A stretch of 64,000 nt of DNA, from positions 35,972,163-36,036,162 of the forward strand of contig NC_057739.1 in NCBI RefSeq assembly GCF_004010195.1, read 5' to 3'. Positions 38,076-51,705 of the stretch are shown in pieces. The notes under the pieces were generated by a model. The model worked only from the letters and a program-made list of their open reading frames with translations. It was not told the DNA's origin and made no database searches. The position numbers and the translations under genes were made by a program. Position 1 is the stretch's first letter, and every line of letters begins with the position of its first letter. The DNA is from Chiloscyllium plagiosum (lineage: Eukaryota).

Positions 38076-40394
38076 ACCTTGAGAAGTTTTACTGTTGTCA
38101 AATGAAAGAGATAGTGCTATGATTGTGACCAACCTCTGATTTGATCATGTTAAAAGTAATTATCAATGGGTTAACACCGCACTATCTTTAGAATTAGAAA
38201 TAGATTTTATTGTCACATGTAGACTACCATAGAAAGTGAAACGATAAAGATGTAAAGAATATTAAATACTGAAATTAATAATCTCTGATATTCACTGATG
38301 ATCAAGCTTAACACTTAGTTTAAAATACATGGAAGTATAGTGACAACCAGCCAAATTAATGTGTGAAAGGTACATTTTTGATTTAAAGTGTCTTGTAACA
38401 GTGAAGATGACTTACTATATTTATATATATAAAACTATTATACACACACATCTACACATTTACCCAAAACTATAATATATTTATATAGGTGACATTAACA
38501 GTACAAGCTTATATCTATCTAAGTGGTAAACATACATTGTGATTTTTCGAACTTGACAATACTGCATCAACAAATTAGGAATGCATCAAACTGTAAAGAT
38601 CATTGTGGTCCAACCAGTCAGTTCAAATATAAAATAACACAATAACAAGGTCATTTTCACTGTCTTCAGTTCTACAGTTCTATTACTCCTGACCAAATAT
38701 GGCAAGGTCAAATTTTACTTAAGTTTGAAATTTATTGCACTGAGTGTTAATGCTGTACAATATGTAACTGAAATTAGGAGACAGAAACAACAATTAATAA
38801 AGCAAACATGTTTACATTTCTAATTGACCTTATTAAGAAAAGACAATGAAACAAGTAATGTGATGTTCAGAAACTGCAAAAAAAACTTATTTTCAAAATC
38901 TTAAATGGAACACAGTTTAATTTACATGTCTAAAAGATCACAGCTCATTTTTCTGTGAAGTCTTTCAATTTTTCCCCTTGCCAATTTCAACCTTGTTCAG
39001 AACTACCAGGCAATTTGTGCCACTAAAACTAGAGTGGAAATATGTTACTAAAGCAAAATAATACAAATACTGAAAATTTGAAATATGCAGCAGCTAGGCA
39101 GCATTTGTGTTAAAAAACAAAGTTCCTGTTTCAGGTTAGTGACCTTTTATTGGTTCCGATTTCTAATAGATTTTCTTTACATGAAGGGAAACGGTCTCAG
39201 GTTTGGCTGTTGACTTCATTTTGGCTTAGTCCTCAAAAGCTGTGGGAGTAGCAGACCAACAGACTGGTTGCCCAACCCTTTTCTTTCCATTGCAGGGAAG
39301 TCTCAAACCAGGCCATCCAAATCATATATATATATGTATATCTTATATTGCTAACTGAATGGACTACATAATTCCACATCATTCAGGGACATTATATCAA
39401 CTTTAAAGTTGCAACACATATTTAAAAAAAACTAGCCAATAAATGTCAGCATAACTTTTTCAGGTATGTGCAATACCTGAACTGACAATGTAGTTACTTG
39501 CATTTGCATTTACCTTATTAAGTAGTCTGTCAAATATTCTGGTAAGCAGAAACTGCTTTGAAAATGAAGATCCAACATCAAGTTTGATTTGTTGATACAA
39601 CTGAAGGTGGAGTTTAGTTCTTTGCAGCATGCTGATTAATTCTACAATCAACTCTGCCTCTAAGTTTTGCTCCACAACTTAACAATATCTTTTTCATACT
39701 CCCTCAGCCTATATCATTTGCAATGATTCAAGTCAGACTATTGGTGTCTGTAGCTCCAGTGTTCTGAAACAAAACAGCACACAAAACACAGAGTACAAGA
39801 ACAGGACTCAGCTGACTTCATAAACTATTCAAGTTGTGTTTTTATGGTTTAGCGTTTCCCCTAACTGCTTGACTGCCCCTTATCTTCACCATAAGCAATC
39901 ATTGTTGTTGACTTGTGCAGAAGTAGTTTTAAAGTCTCACTTGGTTTCCTATTAATCTGCATATTAAGGAAAGCTATATCATCGTACTTATTGTACTTAG
40001 CAAAGGATATTTCTCTATGTAAAAACAGAAATTCTCAGAATTTTATTATGCATTGAAATTATTTCTAAATTCTGATTTTGATCCTTACATAGTTAATTGT
40101 AGTTCAGTGATATGCAAATCTGGCTATATCTTTTCTAATAGATTTAACCTTTTCTCTCATTCTGTTTGGTGAAGATCTACACTTCCATTCACTCACCGTG
40201 TTGCTGGTTGTTATCTGTCCTCTGATGCTCTGTGTACCAGGCAGACAGCCCTCTGTGCTCGATCCCCACCAACTCTGGGTACCTTGTACTCTCTTAGCGC
40301 CATAGGAGCAGTTGCCAACACTGAAATTTCAGAGGTAGAATTAATTAGAAAGCTAAATGACTTGACAATGTGGAATGTAATGCACTTGGTCAAA

Positions 40395-41502
40395 GTTTAT
40401 CCGACTAACAATGGATCTCCACAGAAGTTTGACCAGATGGGCCAATGGGCTGAGAAGTGGTAGATGGAGTTTCAGATAAATGCAAGGTGCTGCATTTTGG
40501 GAAAGCAAATCTTAGCAGGACTTATATACTTAATGGTAAGGTCCTAGGGAGTGTTGCTGAATAAAGTGCAGGTTCATAGCTCCTTGAAAGTGGCGTTGCA
40601 GGTAGATAGGATAGTGAAGGTGGCATTTGGTATGCTTTCCTTTATTGGTCAGAGTATTGAGTACAGGAGTTGGGAGGTCATGTTGCGGCTGTACAGAGGT
40701 GGAGTTTAATTCAGTTAAATGCAAGGTGCTGCATTTTGGGAAAGCAAATCTTAGCAGGACTCATACACTTAATGGTAAGGTCCTAGGGAGTGTTGCTGAA
40801 CAAAGAGACCTTGGAGTGCAGGTTCATTACTCCTTGAAAGTGGAGTCGCAGATAGATAGGATAGTGAAGAAGGCTTTTGGTATGCTCCCCTTTATTGGTC
40901 AGAGTATTGAGTACAGGAATTGGGAGGTCATGTCACGGCTGTACAGGACATTGGTTAGGCCACTGTTGGAATATTGCATGCAATACTGTTCTTCTTCCTA
41001 TTGGAAAGATGTTGTGAAACTTGAAAGGGTTCAGAAAAAGATTTACAAGGATTTGCGAGGGTTGGAGGATTTGAGCTATAGGAAGAGGCTGAACAGGCCG
41101 GGGCTGTTATCCCTGGACTGTCGGAGGCTGAGGGATGACCTTATAGAGGTATACAAAATTGTGAAGGACATGGATAGGGTAAATAGACAAAGTCTTTTTG
41201 CTGGGGTCAGGGAGTCCAAAACTAGAGGGTATAGGTTTAGGGTGAGAGGGGAAAGAGACCTACGGGACAACTTTTTCACACAGAGAGTGGTACGTGTATG
41301 GAATGAGCTGCCAGAGGAAGTGGTGGAGGCTGGTACAATTGCAACATTTAAGTGGCATTTGGATGGGTATATGAATAGGAAGGGTTTGGAGGGATATGAG
41401 CCGGGTGCTGGCAGGTGGGACTAGATTGGGTTGAGATATCTGGTCGGCATGGTCGGGTTGGACCGAAGGGTTTGTTTCCATGCTGTACATCTCTATGACT
41501 CT
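40395..41502 (+). mobile_element. CR1 3' portion with an internal tandem partial duplication
   Basis: ORF 40627-41424 is CR1 ORF2 C-terminus; about 40465-40697 is repeated with indels at about 40700-40945. Confidence 0.9.
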
Positions 41503-44500
41503 AAGTTTGTACTTTATCCCAATCCTTGCTCTCAGCAACCTCCCCATTCTAGCATTTTAGTCCTGATTCATGTTCATTAAAGCTCTGTATTAGATTCTTC
41601 AATAACACAATTTTAAGTACTGCAAACTGTAAATCATCATGATAGATATGCTATTATTGAAATTCATTCATAACAGAGCTGGTATGACACCATATAAACA
41701 GAACACAGGAGCGACACTGAGACCCACTCCTATTACTAGGTACTTTACCACAAGATATTCCCACCTAGCCATCTCAAACTTTAAGTCTAATGGATTATTT
41801 CTACTTGGGAAATGCAAACCTGTAATTGACAATGTAAGGATCATACTATTTAACAGCTTCCACTTGTAGAATATACTGAATCGAAGGAAGGATTTGAAGA
41901 AGTCATATTGGACTCAAGATTTTAACCGATTCTTTTACCATAGATGCGTTCAAACTTGCTGAGTACTATGCTTTCATTAAGAAAGTTTTCACACTGGTTT
42001 CTTCCTGGAATGTCACATTTGAAACTCATGAAGATTTTTCCACTGATATTTTTATCTCCCCTAACTTTATAATATGTAACTAAATTATAAATTCTAATGC
42101 ACGTTCTAAACATATCCTGAATTGTACCAAAATATTACTTTCAATGACGCAAACTATTGTCCAGTTCATAAGTTATTAAATGTGAAGATGAGCTTTACCC
42201 CTTGGCTTAACTGATAAATTAAAATAGTCATTTCCATAAACTTCAGGATTATACAAACTTCTGTCCTGAAAACTGATTTTGACAAAAACAGACGTGAACG
42301 AAAAATAGCCCATTCAGTTCTCCAGTGTTGCTGTCTATTATATAGGTATTAATCAAATTCATCGAAGGTCAGATAAATTATGGAAATTAAGCGACAGGAA
42401 TAAAAAAAACTGACATTCCATATAACCATAAAACTCAGCAAATCTCCAAACAAAAAAATAAGAGAAATAATTCATAACCTGTTCTCATACAATATACTTC
42501 TCATTCTGTTGTTGATCAGCAGAATGTGTATTACACCTGTAGGCTTAACAAAACTTCTGTTAACGTTTTAACTTTTCCCCCCAGAAACTGGAAGGTCAAA
42601 CATCCCAGATAAGCTCACAATTCTATCTTATATATTCTATATACAGGCTTAATGACTCCGTCTGAGCTATAAGATCAGAAAGCTTCTCGGTTAAGTCTTC
42701 AATCTAATGCTTCCCAACCAGATTTCTCCATCAACAGTGAACCCTATTGAAGCCTGCAAAGTGTTGAGAACCCCAAGTGAGACTTGTGGGGAGAGAAATA
42801 CTTGCTAAAGTGGAGGGGAGGGGTTACATATAAATGAAAGCACAGTTACGACTTGATAGGCCTCAGTGGTGGTCATTATCGCTGCAGAGCTTACATTTTG
42901 GGAAACCGTTTTCTGGACTACTGTAGATTGTTATCTCCCAGTGATAGTGCTGAATTTGGCCACGGAATACAAGATATAGGGAGAAGAAAAATCCAACCAT
43001 CACAGGGTACACTGACAGTTACTAGGACTGCAACAGGTGTGGACAGAATCTGGTTTGCTTGGCAAGAAAAATCAGTCAAGATTTACACGCAAACGCCATA
43101 TATGTGGACAAACTGTCCAAAAACAATAGCTGCCTGGGGAATTGCACTCCAATTGCACAGATCAACACTTTCAAAAGTGGTGTTTTGGGAAGAGATTGTA
43201 AATTAAAGCAATTTATGCAAGTAACTGTGTTTCCTTACCACAACACCACAGTGCACACATAATACATTGTTTTGCAGTGGGAGAATGTAAGATACTGCAA
43301 TTATGTAAATGTTCATGTTCATCTCCATTTATCCACAAGCATCCCAAATTCGTCAATCACTTTCACTGTCCTATGTCTTGTTGCTATTAGCAAAATATTA
43401 GCTTAGATTGTTCGATTGGCATTATGTTAATGTTAGTAGTGGCTACTTAAAAAGATTATAGCATTTGGTATTAAAAAAAAGCACTGTGCATCTTGGAAAG
43501 TATACCCAGCCTGGAGGCTTGGTTTCTTCCCACTAGACATTTTGCAAGCCAATAACTGAGAAGTAGGGTTGGTCTGACTGGATAAGTAGCTTCAACCCCA
43601 TCTGTGTTCTGAACAGGTGAGCTGCATGTCTTTTGCTGGTTAAAAATCAGCAGCATTCCTGAATATACCTCGGACTACATTCTCACTGAACAATTGCTGC
43701 TTAAACCTCAAAATTGGGTATTTGAAATACACTTAATATCAGAATACAGACTCTGTGAATTTCTACACTAGTTTTGTTTGAAAACTTAAATTACATACTG
43801 TGTTTCATACTTGTTTCAGGTTGATCAAAAAAAGCTTTGATAGCCAGAAATGGAAGAAGTTCCTATACACAGCATTTGTATGGTGATGCATCAATATCAG
43901 AAGGGTTTATAATCAACATCGTTCTGTTTACACTCTTTGTGCAGTGTCAGTGCTGTGTTTATAATCAGAGTCTAAGCTCTTAATCAAGGGAACACTGACC
44001 TTTGACAATTTCACGTTCAATGAAACAGAAATAGGGATAAATTATGTATCAAGACTGACGGGCAATGGAGTCAATAATTAGACTTCAAAGGGAGTCTTAA
44101 ATATAGATTTCAAACTGAACAAACTTAACCACAAAGATTAAATTCTGTGATGGATATACTCATACTCATTTGGTCAATAGTTGCACTGCTCCAGTTTTTC
44201 ATATCAGTTGAAATTTACAATCTGACACAAGGGAGGAAAACAGAACTTTAGTGACTCCCATAAATTTGAAATGGGCAGCCTAAAACAACATTTTGGGAAT
44301 AGGAAGGTCATGGTTGCATTATTACATTGTTATAATTCTCAACTTTTCTGCCATTTCCACCATTGACCCTGGAGGAAAACAAAAAGTACATTTTCCAAGT
44401 TCTATGCTATAACAGAGGGTGCATGTTTATTTCTCCTTCCTCTTATATTCTTCATAGATTTAAATACTATGAAATGAATTACAGTATAAATGGCAGTTAT

Positions 44501-46759
44501 GTGGTAGTCATCTACATACCTGGTAAGTTCAGATATTTTAATATCAGCTGTAGAAACAGAATTACAAATTGAGAACAAAAAGAATAATCAGGAGGGCAAA
44601 AGCATCACAGCTATAAGTAGTACTCCATTTTAAGCAGTACTCCTTCGTTCCTTTACTTTCTCACCTGCAAAATGGGTAAATAAACTTATGAGTTGGTCAC
44701 TAACTTACATTACTTTTAAAATTGCCTTCAGGACAAATCATCAGAGTTGCTCCTTTAATGTGGGGAAAAGGCTTCATTATGAAGATATAACCAAAACTGA
44801 GGGCAACTTATACCACATCACATTTCTGCTGTTTTGGTATTATCCTATACCACATGCTGTGTTGGATAGCATTGCTGAAAAGGAAAATTGGTGCTTTTGG
44901 CTCAATGGTGCATTTATCCCTACTGCTCATCACATGGTGAACTCTATTTATTTTAAGCCTTTGTTAAAATGGACATGCTCACAAGAAGACTGTTATAGGT
45001 CTCCTTGATAATGAAGCAACAACTAGTTGCAGAGTCAAAAATGGATAGACCTCCATAACTCTACAGTGACAAAGATTGAAAAGGACCCCGAATGCACAGG
45101 GAGAAAAATATCAGCTAAAACTAAAATCACAGGTGTTTTGAACAACCTAGAACAATTTTACATCAAGTCAGAAGCTTCATTCTACTGCTAAAATAATAAA
45201 ATCAAAAACAGTAAACAAAGTTAACGAACAGGATGGGTAGTTGCTACGCCTCAAATACTATTAGGTCTTGGCTCCCAAGTTTGTCGTCAGATTCACTGCA
45301 CCACACATCTTAGAACAATTGCATGTGTAAAGCTTGGCAATAGAGTACAACACAATAGGAAGAGTCTAGCCAGTTGATGAGAAGTTTTCAATAGAACTTC
45401 CTTTTATATCAGACAGTATGACTGCCAGGCGGCTCCAAACTCCACAATTCTTCCAGTATCTTAATCCCAAAGCACAGCAAGATTTTGACTTTCAATATAG
45501 AACAAGGACATTTTAAAAGGATGTCAGTGAACCTTACCTTGAACTTATTGTTCTCAGATCTCTTGCACAATAGAGGCACTGTGACCTCCATGTCTGCAGC
45601 TTCATCAAAATGGAAATTTTAGATGAGTTTAAAAATAGTTTGCTTTTATAAAATGATGTGTTGTCTAAATATTTATATATTATCTGGAAACATGGAATGT
45701 CAGAGGCCTAATGCAGTGTAGCTTTTAGTAAGTTGGCTCCAATAGACAAAAACAAATAAAACGTTAAGCGGAGACATTGTGCCCACCATCTCAAGATGCT
45801 GCAATACTCGCAGATAGGTTGAGGTACTATTGCTCACTTATATCTAAATGCACTCCTTTGACACAAATGTAAACTCCAAAGGACAAAGGTTTATCAGCCA
45901 GGTATACAGCTTTGTGCTATTCTTAATTTAAGAGGTTATACTGTGGAACTGGTTTTGTTCACTAACATTTCACAGGAAAATGCAGTACTGGAAGTATTCA
46001 ATAATTCCATATTTTACTTGCATAATTAGTCTTGCATTTCTTTTGCTGTATAGAAGGGCAAAGATATTTTTATTTGCTTGCCTGGGCTCATTTTTGAGGC
46101 GAGGACATTGTTGCATCAAATGACAAAGGGCAAAATGTTAAGAATGCTAATTACCTATCAACTGCAATGATATATCGATAATGAGATAACACAAGTCTTG
46201 CTACAACAGAAAATTACACAACAACCATTTTGCTTCACTAAAATTACAACATTACAAAGCAACTTTCTTTCTCCATTTGTACACATTATCCATTGAACAG
46301 CATTAAATCTCACATGAAAAACAATCCAAATTTTCAAACAGAATGACTGTCACTTAGTAAGCAAAATGTCTTCAGTAGCTGTGGACCAATGGCAGGGGGA
46401 AAGATGTGGCAAAATTATTATTGCTACCTCAAGACCTGGGTGCAATGAGGGTATAAAATCACCTTACTTATCCCAGTTTTTGTGTCAATTTGTAAGGGAC
46501 TTTTATCGGCTTTAATTAAAAATACAAATCTACGTAAAAGTGACTGAACTTACTTTTCTCCAAGAATACTATGTTGGCTTTTTGACAAAAAAAAGGAACC
46601 AAACATTGACCAGTAATTCATTGTATAGCATGACAGTTGTTCATTTTGAAACAGGTTTCCACATGATCCCCGCATGCATCTCCCTCACAAACTACTTTTC
46701 AGTCTTGGAAAATGTTGAGAATGATGGCTCCTCTGTGGAGGCCAGAGTCAAGGCACTGT

Positions 46760-46940
46760 AGACGGTCCAGCTGCTCAGAGACAGAAAAAGAAGTTTGGAA
46801 GGACAATGGCATTCAGGGATTTGTTATGAGGGAAGTTGTTGGGTACCTCTGCAACTGTCAACGTGACTTCAAGATGGCATATTATCTCCCAGATATCAGG
46901 GTCATAGATGTCACAGAACAACTACAGGGAATTCTGAAAG
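46760..46940 (+). mobile_element. CR1 ORF1 (SGNH-esterase-like) fragment
   Basis: CNCQRDFKMAYYLPDIRVIDVTEQLQGILK resembles the CR1 ORF1 motif R.V.CLPGARV.DV...L..IL. Confidence 0.6.
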
Positions 46941-46943
46941 ATG

Positions 46944-47450
46944 ATGACCAGAACGAAGGACCCAATACCCAGCATGAGCAAAACCAATGTAATGTACAAA
47001 ATCCCATGCAAGGACTGCACAAAACACTACATAGGACAAACAGGAAGACAGCTAACGATCCGCATCCATGAACACCAACTAGCCACGAAACGATACGACC
47101 AGCTACCCTTAGTAGCCACACACGCAGATGACAAGCAACATGAATTCGACTGGGACAACACTACTATTATAGGACAAGCCAAACAGAGAACAGCCAGGGA
47201 ATTCCTAGAGGCATGGCACTCATCCACAGATTCAATCAATAAGCACATCGACCTAGACCCAATATACCGACCACTGCAACAGACAGCTGGAACTGACAAC
47301 CGGAAGCGGCAGATTGAAACCACTACAAATGCCGGAAGAAAGATCACAGAAGCGCTTCACAGGGGCGTCCCAAGCACTGAGGATGTCACCTAGACAGGGG
47401 ATGAAACGTCTGCAACACAAATTCCCAGTTTGGCGAACAGAACCACAACA
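46944..47450 (+). mobile_element. Penelope 3' end (GIY-YIG endonuclease plus terminal repeat)
   Basis: NVMYKIPCKDCTKHYIGQTGRQLTIRIHEH...REFLEAW; hammerhead core at 47374-47413. Confidence 0.92.
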
Positions 47451-47640
47451 GGTTTAAATTCTTGATGCAATGGCCCTTTTGTTTCCCCCATCACTGCTGG
47501 CTGTTTTAGTTTTGCCAGGACAGGATCTTTTTTGTGTCTATAGTCTGATATTTCCACTGGCGACCAGTGGGAGACAGCCCAAGGCACTTACATTTGCCAC
47601 TTGGCCTCCTGGACAGTGTTCCAACTTGCAAATGCACACA
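47451..47640 (-). mobile_element. Gypsy pol fragment (RNase H end to integrase linker)
   Basis: Minus strand KLEHCPGGQVANVSALGCLPL (compare ANADALSRLP), then KDPVLAKLKQ. Confidence 0.65.
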
Positions 47641-47644
47641 CTGA

Positions 47645-49300
47645 GGTGTGGTCGTTGGTTTGCTCACCAAGCTGGCTGGTTGACACGCAAACGTTCCGTC
47701 ACCATGCTATGTAACATCATCAGTGCGACTTCGGTGAAGTGTTGTTGTTCCACTCTATTTGATAATTATATGGTTTGTTAAGGTGGGTTGTGTCATTCCA
47801 GTTTTGCTCTGCAGTGGTTTGTATATGGGGTCTATTTCTACATGCTTGATGGCATTCTGAGTTGAAAACCAGGCCTCTAGAAATTCCCATGCATACCTCT
47901 GGTTAGCTTGTCCTAGATTGGTTACATTGTCCCAGTCAAATTGATGGCGTTCATTGTCTGTATGTACTGAGATAAGGGAGAATTGGTTGTGCCATTTAGC
48001 TGCTAGTTGGTGTTTGTGTATCCGGACTGTTGGTTTTCTTCCGGCCTGTTAGATGTGGTATCAATGGCAGTCTTTACATAGGATTTTGTATATTACGTTG
48101 CTCCTGCATGTTGTGGGTATGAGGTCTTTCATCCTTGTAATTAGTTGGCATACTGTGGCTGTCGGTTGGTGTGCAACAATGATTCCTAGTGGTTGTAGGA
48201 ATCTGGTTGTCATTTCTGATATGTTCTTAATATAGGGTAGAGTGACCAGTGTATTAGGGCATAGTGTCCTCTTGGTGCTGTCTGTCCACTCGTCTGTGAA
48301 GACCTTATGTAGGTGTTCTTCCTCATTTTTGCGAAGCTCTGGTAAGTTGCAATGCGTTATAGCTTTTTTAAATAGTGTCCTGACATTAGCTCTGTTTGTG
48401 GGTGTTGGGGTGATTGCTGTTGTAATTAAGGATTTGGTCCACGTGGATGTTCTTCCTATAGACATTGGTTAGAAATTCACTGTTGGTCACTCGTCCCACC
48501 ATGATGTCTAGGAATGGGAATTTATTGTTGTATACCTCTTCTCTGGTGATTTTAATACGGTGAGTATGTTATTGATGAGATGGTGTGTTTCTTCTAACTT
48601 TGTGCATTTGATGATGGCAAATGTATTGTCCACTGTCAGATCTATAGCTTTGGTTGGATCAGGGGAAGGGCTGTGTTCCAGTCTTTGCATGACTCCTTCT
48701 GCTGAGTCCTGAGATGGGTGATCCCATGGGTGTGCCATTGACTTTTTGATATTCTTGGCCATTAAAGACGAAGTGAGTCGTGATGTGTAAGTTTAGTAGT
48801 TTGAGCATATTGTCCTTGCTGATGGAGTTGTTGGGGTTCAGCGTTACTGGTTCTTCTAGTAAAGCGGTGAGGATTTCTTTTGCTCGTGGAATGTCAATGG
48901 AAGTGAAGTGCTATAACATCAAAGAAAACCATAATAATTTCATTGTCATCCATTTTGATGTTGTTGAGGAATTCCCAGGCTGAGTGGATGGTGGGGGTTG
49001 ATCCATCTATGAGGTGTTTCAGTCTCCGTTGTAATTCCTTGTGTGTCAGTGCACCTGGTAGGGAAACCATGGGCCTGAAGCGGTTGTTTGGTTTATGCAT
49101 CTTGGGGAAATCAGTAAAAGTGGAGGGCGCTGGTTTCATTCTGAGGTAGTCTGTCTTGGTTATCTGTCCAGTCTGTTTGAGGTTTTTCAATGTATAAATG
49201 ATCCTGTTTTCTAACTGTGGCATGCGGTCTGTCACCACCTGTTGGTATGTGTCGATGTCTGCTATGCCGATGATTTTTCAATATAGAGATGCTGGTCTGG
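47645..49300 (-). mobile_element. Older degenerate Penelope element (RT plus GIY-YIG)
   Basis: PKMHKPNNRFRPMVSLPG, MVFFDVIAL, VDNTFAII, TLPYIKNISE, SNVIYKILCKDC; hammerhead-like core at about 47686-47725. Confidence 0.88.
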
Positions 49301-49564
49301 GACGGACAAAGCCAAAAATCACACGATACCAGGTAATACTCCAACAGGTTTATTTGAAACCGCAAGCTTTCGGAGTTCCACTCATTCCTCAGGCAGCTAG
49401 CTCAAAACCAACTATGGAAAGAGTAAGGCCCACTAGCAACCATAGAGGTGATCTGTCTGTAGACCCAGGACGCATAAGCACAGTCCTCAATGAATTCTTT
49501 GCATTGGAGTTCACAAAAGAAATGGTCAAACAGGTATAGAGAACAGAGTGGAGGACGGTGAAAT

Positions 49565-49572
<8 letters not shown>

Positions 49573-49602
<30 letters not shown>
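49573..49602. repeat. (GA)n microsatellite
   Basis: Run of about 14 GA units. Confidence 0.9.
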
Positions 49603-49608
<6 letters not shown>

Positions 49609-50089
49609 AGTTTAGTAGCTTAAAAAAAATGGATAAATCTGCAGGCCCAAGTGAGATGTATCCCCCTCTATTGAGTGAGACAAAGATGGAGCTATCTGGG
49701 GACTGAGCTGCTGGGGCTTCCTGATTACCTCCTCAAAAAATTCAAATTTATCAAACATGACATTCCTTTGACAAATTCATACTGACTATCCATGATTAAT
49801 TCATGTCTCCAAGTGAAGATAGATTCCATGTCTCAAAAGTCTCTCCAATAAATTTCCCACCACTGAGGCTGCACTTAATGGTGTCTAATTTCTTGGTTCG
49901 TCCCTTCCTTTTCATTATTAAAAAAAAACCTCAGCATGAACCTCTGAGGTCCATTAGCGGCAGTAACTTCCATAACTGAAAGTCAATGAGTCAGCACACT
50001 GATTGGCATGCACAGACCCTTGAAGTGGCTGCACAGCCACACAGCTTGGATCGAACATTGTACTGATATCTGCTCCTTTGCCTTTCTCA

Positions 50090-50312
50090 ACAGAGTCAAA
50101 GAATCATACAGCTTGGAAACAGACCCTTCAGTCCAACTTGCCTCTGCTGACTAACCTAGTCCCATTTGCCTGTGTTTGGCCCATATCCCTGCAAACCTTT
50201 CCTATTCATATACCTGTTCAAATGTCTTTTAAATGTTGTATCAGTACCTGTATCTACCACTTCCTCTGACAGTTCATTCCATTTACATGCCACACACTAT
50301 GTGAAAAAGTGT
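50090..50312 (-). mobile_element. CR1 3' fragment
   Basis: gaatcatacagcttggaaacagacccttcagtccaac... tail. Confidence 0.8.
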
Positions 50313-51029
50313 ATAAGCTTCACTTTCTACTTTTATAAAGTAAGTATGACTGACACTGATTTATGGATCTATAATTATTTTTCTTCCACATCTCCAAAAG
50401 TTATTGCACATAAAGACGAATCTGTGTAATTATTAGGGTACATAATTTGTGCATTTCATGAAGGGATCATACAGACAAGACAAAGTGTAAAACACCTATA
50501 TAAAAGCAGAAATCTAAAAAATTACAGCAAATGATGTAATAATCAGCAGGTTTGGCAGCATATCTTTGGAGAAAGAAACTGAATTAAAGTGTTGAGTTGA
50601 ACAGGACTCTCCTTCGAGTCAAATGACTCCTTTTCAGAATAGTCAGATTTGACTTCAAACAATAACTTTTTCTGTCCCCACAGATGGTGAGACTATTTTT
50701 AAGAAAAATACATATGCTTGGCCCATAGAATTACAAGCAGAAGCAGTAAACTATTCTTTTCTTCCAATGATACTCACCGAAATCAAAAATCCCTTCCCAA
50801 TGTCTGATTTTATCCAAGTGACAGTGGAGAGGACATCACTGGGTACTCACCTCGTGCTCAAGAAGGGAATCTACTGCCAGTATATTATCAAAATAAATAG
50901 ATTGTGGATGTATTCATTTTTAAGGCTTCTAACCATGCTAGTATCTTCTCTCTCTCTCTTTCTGTTTATTTCTTTAAATATTTCACAGTCCTTTATCCTG
51001 AAATCTATACTATTTCCATTGTGTCAATT

Positions 51030-51705
51030 TTCACAAAGTATTAATAAAGAGGGCAATGCATTTGATTTGGCCCACATGGGCTACAGCAAGACTTTTGATA
51101 AGGTAGCAGATTGGTCAAAAATGTAAGGATGATGTAAGAGGTATGTTTCTGTGATTGAAAGATTATTTCCAGTGGGGTTGCACATGTCTGAACATTGGGT
51201 CAGGTAATCATGCTATTTATGGCACATGTGAATGACTTGGACTTAAATGTAGAGGGTATGATCAAGAAGTTTGATATAGTGCAAATAGGGAGGATAACAA
51301 TAAACTGCAGGAGATCAATGACCTGGCCAAGAGCAGGGAGGTTACGTTAGAACTGATTAGGCCATAACTGGAGTTAATGTGTGTAATTGTGATCACCACG
51401 TTGTAGATTGCACTGGAGAGGGTACACAAGAGATTTACTAGTATGCTGCCCAGGTTAGTTCTATAGGATTATGAGGAATATATATATATATACGGTAGAA
51501 ATGAAGGCACTTTTCTCATTTATAGATTTAAGGTAGGAATAGAAAATTAGAATGAGAATTGAAATTTCACATGGAGGATGGTGGGAATTTGAAATGCTCT
51601 ACCTAAAAAAAGTGGTTGAGTGAGAAACATTTGTAACATTTAGATGTCCAGTCCAGACACACTGAGCTGAATGGTTTCCTCTGTGCTGTAAGCATCTATG
51701 AGTTT
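51030..51705 (+). mobile_element. Heavily deleted CR1 RT/3' remnant
   Basis: YSKTFDKV (compare FSKAFDKV), ALERV.KRFT.MLP and tail. Confidence 0.65.

Noticed and set aside
40627-41424. 265-aa ORF as a host gene
   Set aside because: It is CR1 ORF2 C-terminus; the same applies to ORFs 64-435, 24182-24502 and 34635-35159.
45538-45593. Minus-strand exon candidate (ctgcag| ... CAAG|gtaagg)
   Set aside because: Good donor but poor polypyrimidine tract and no recognisable peptide.
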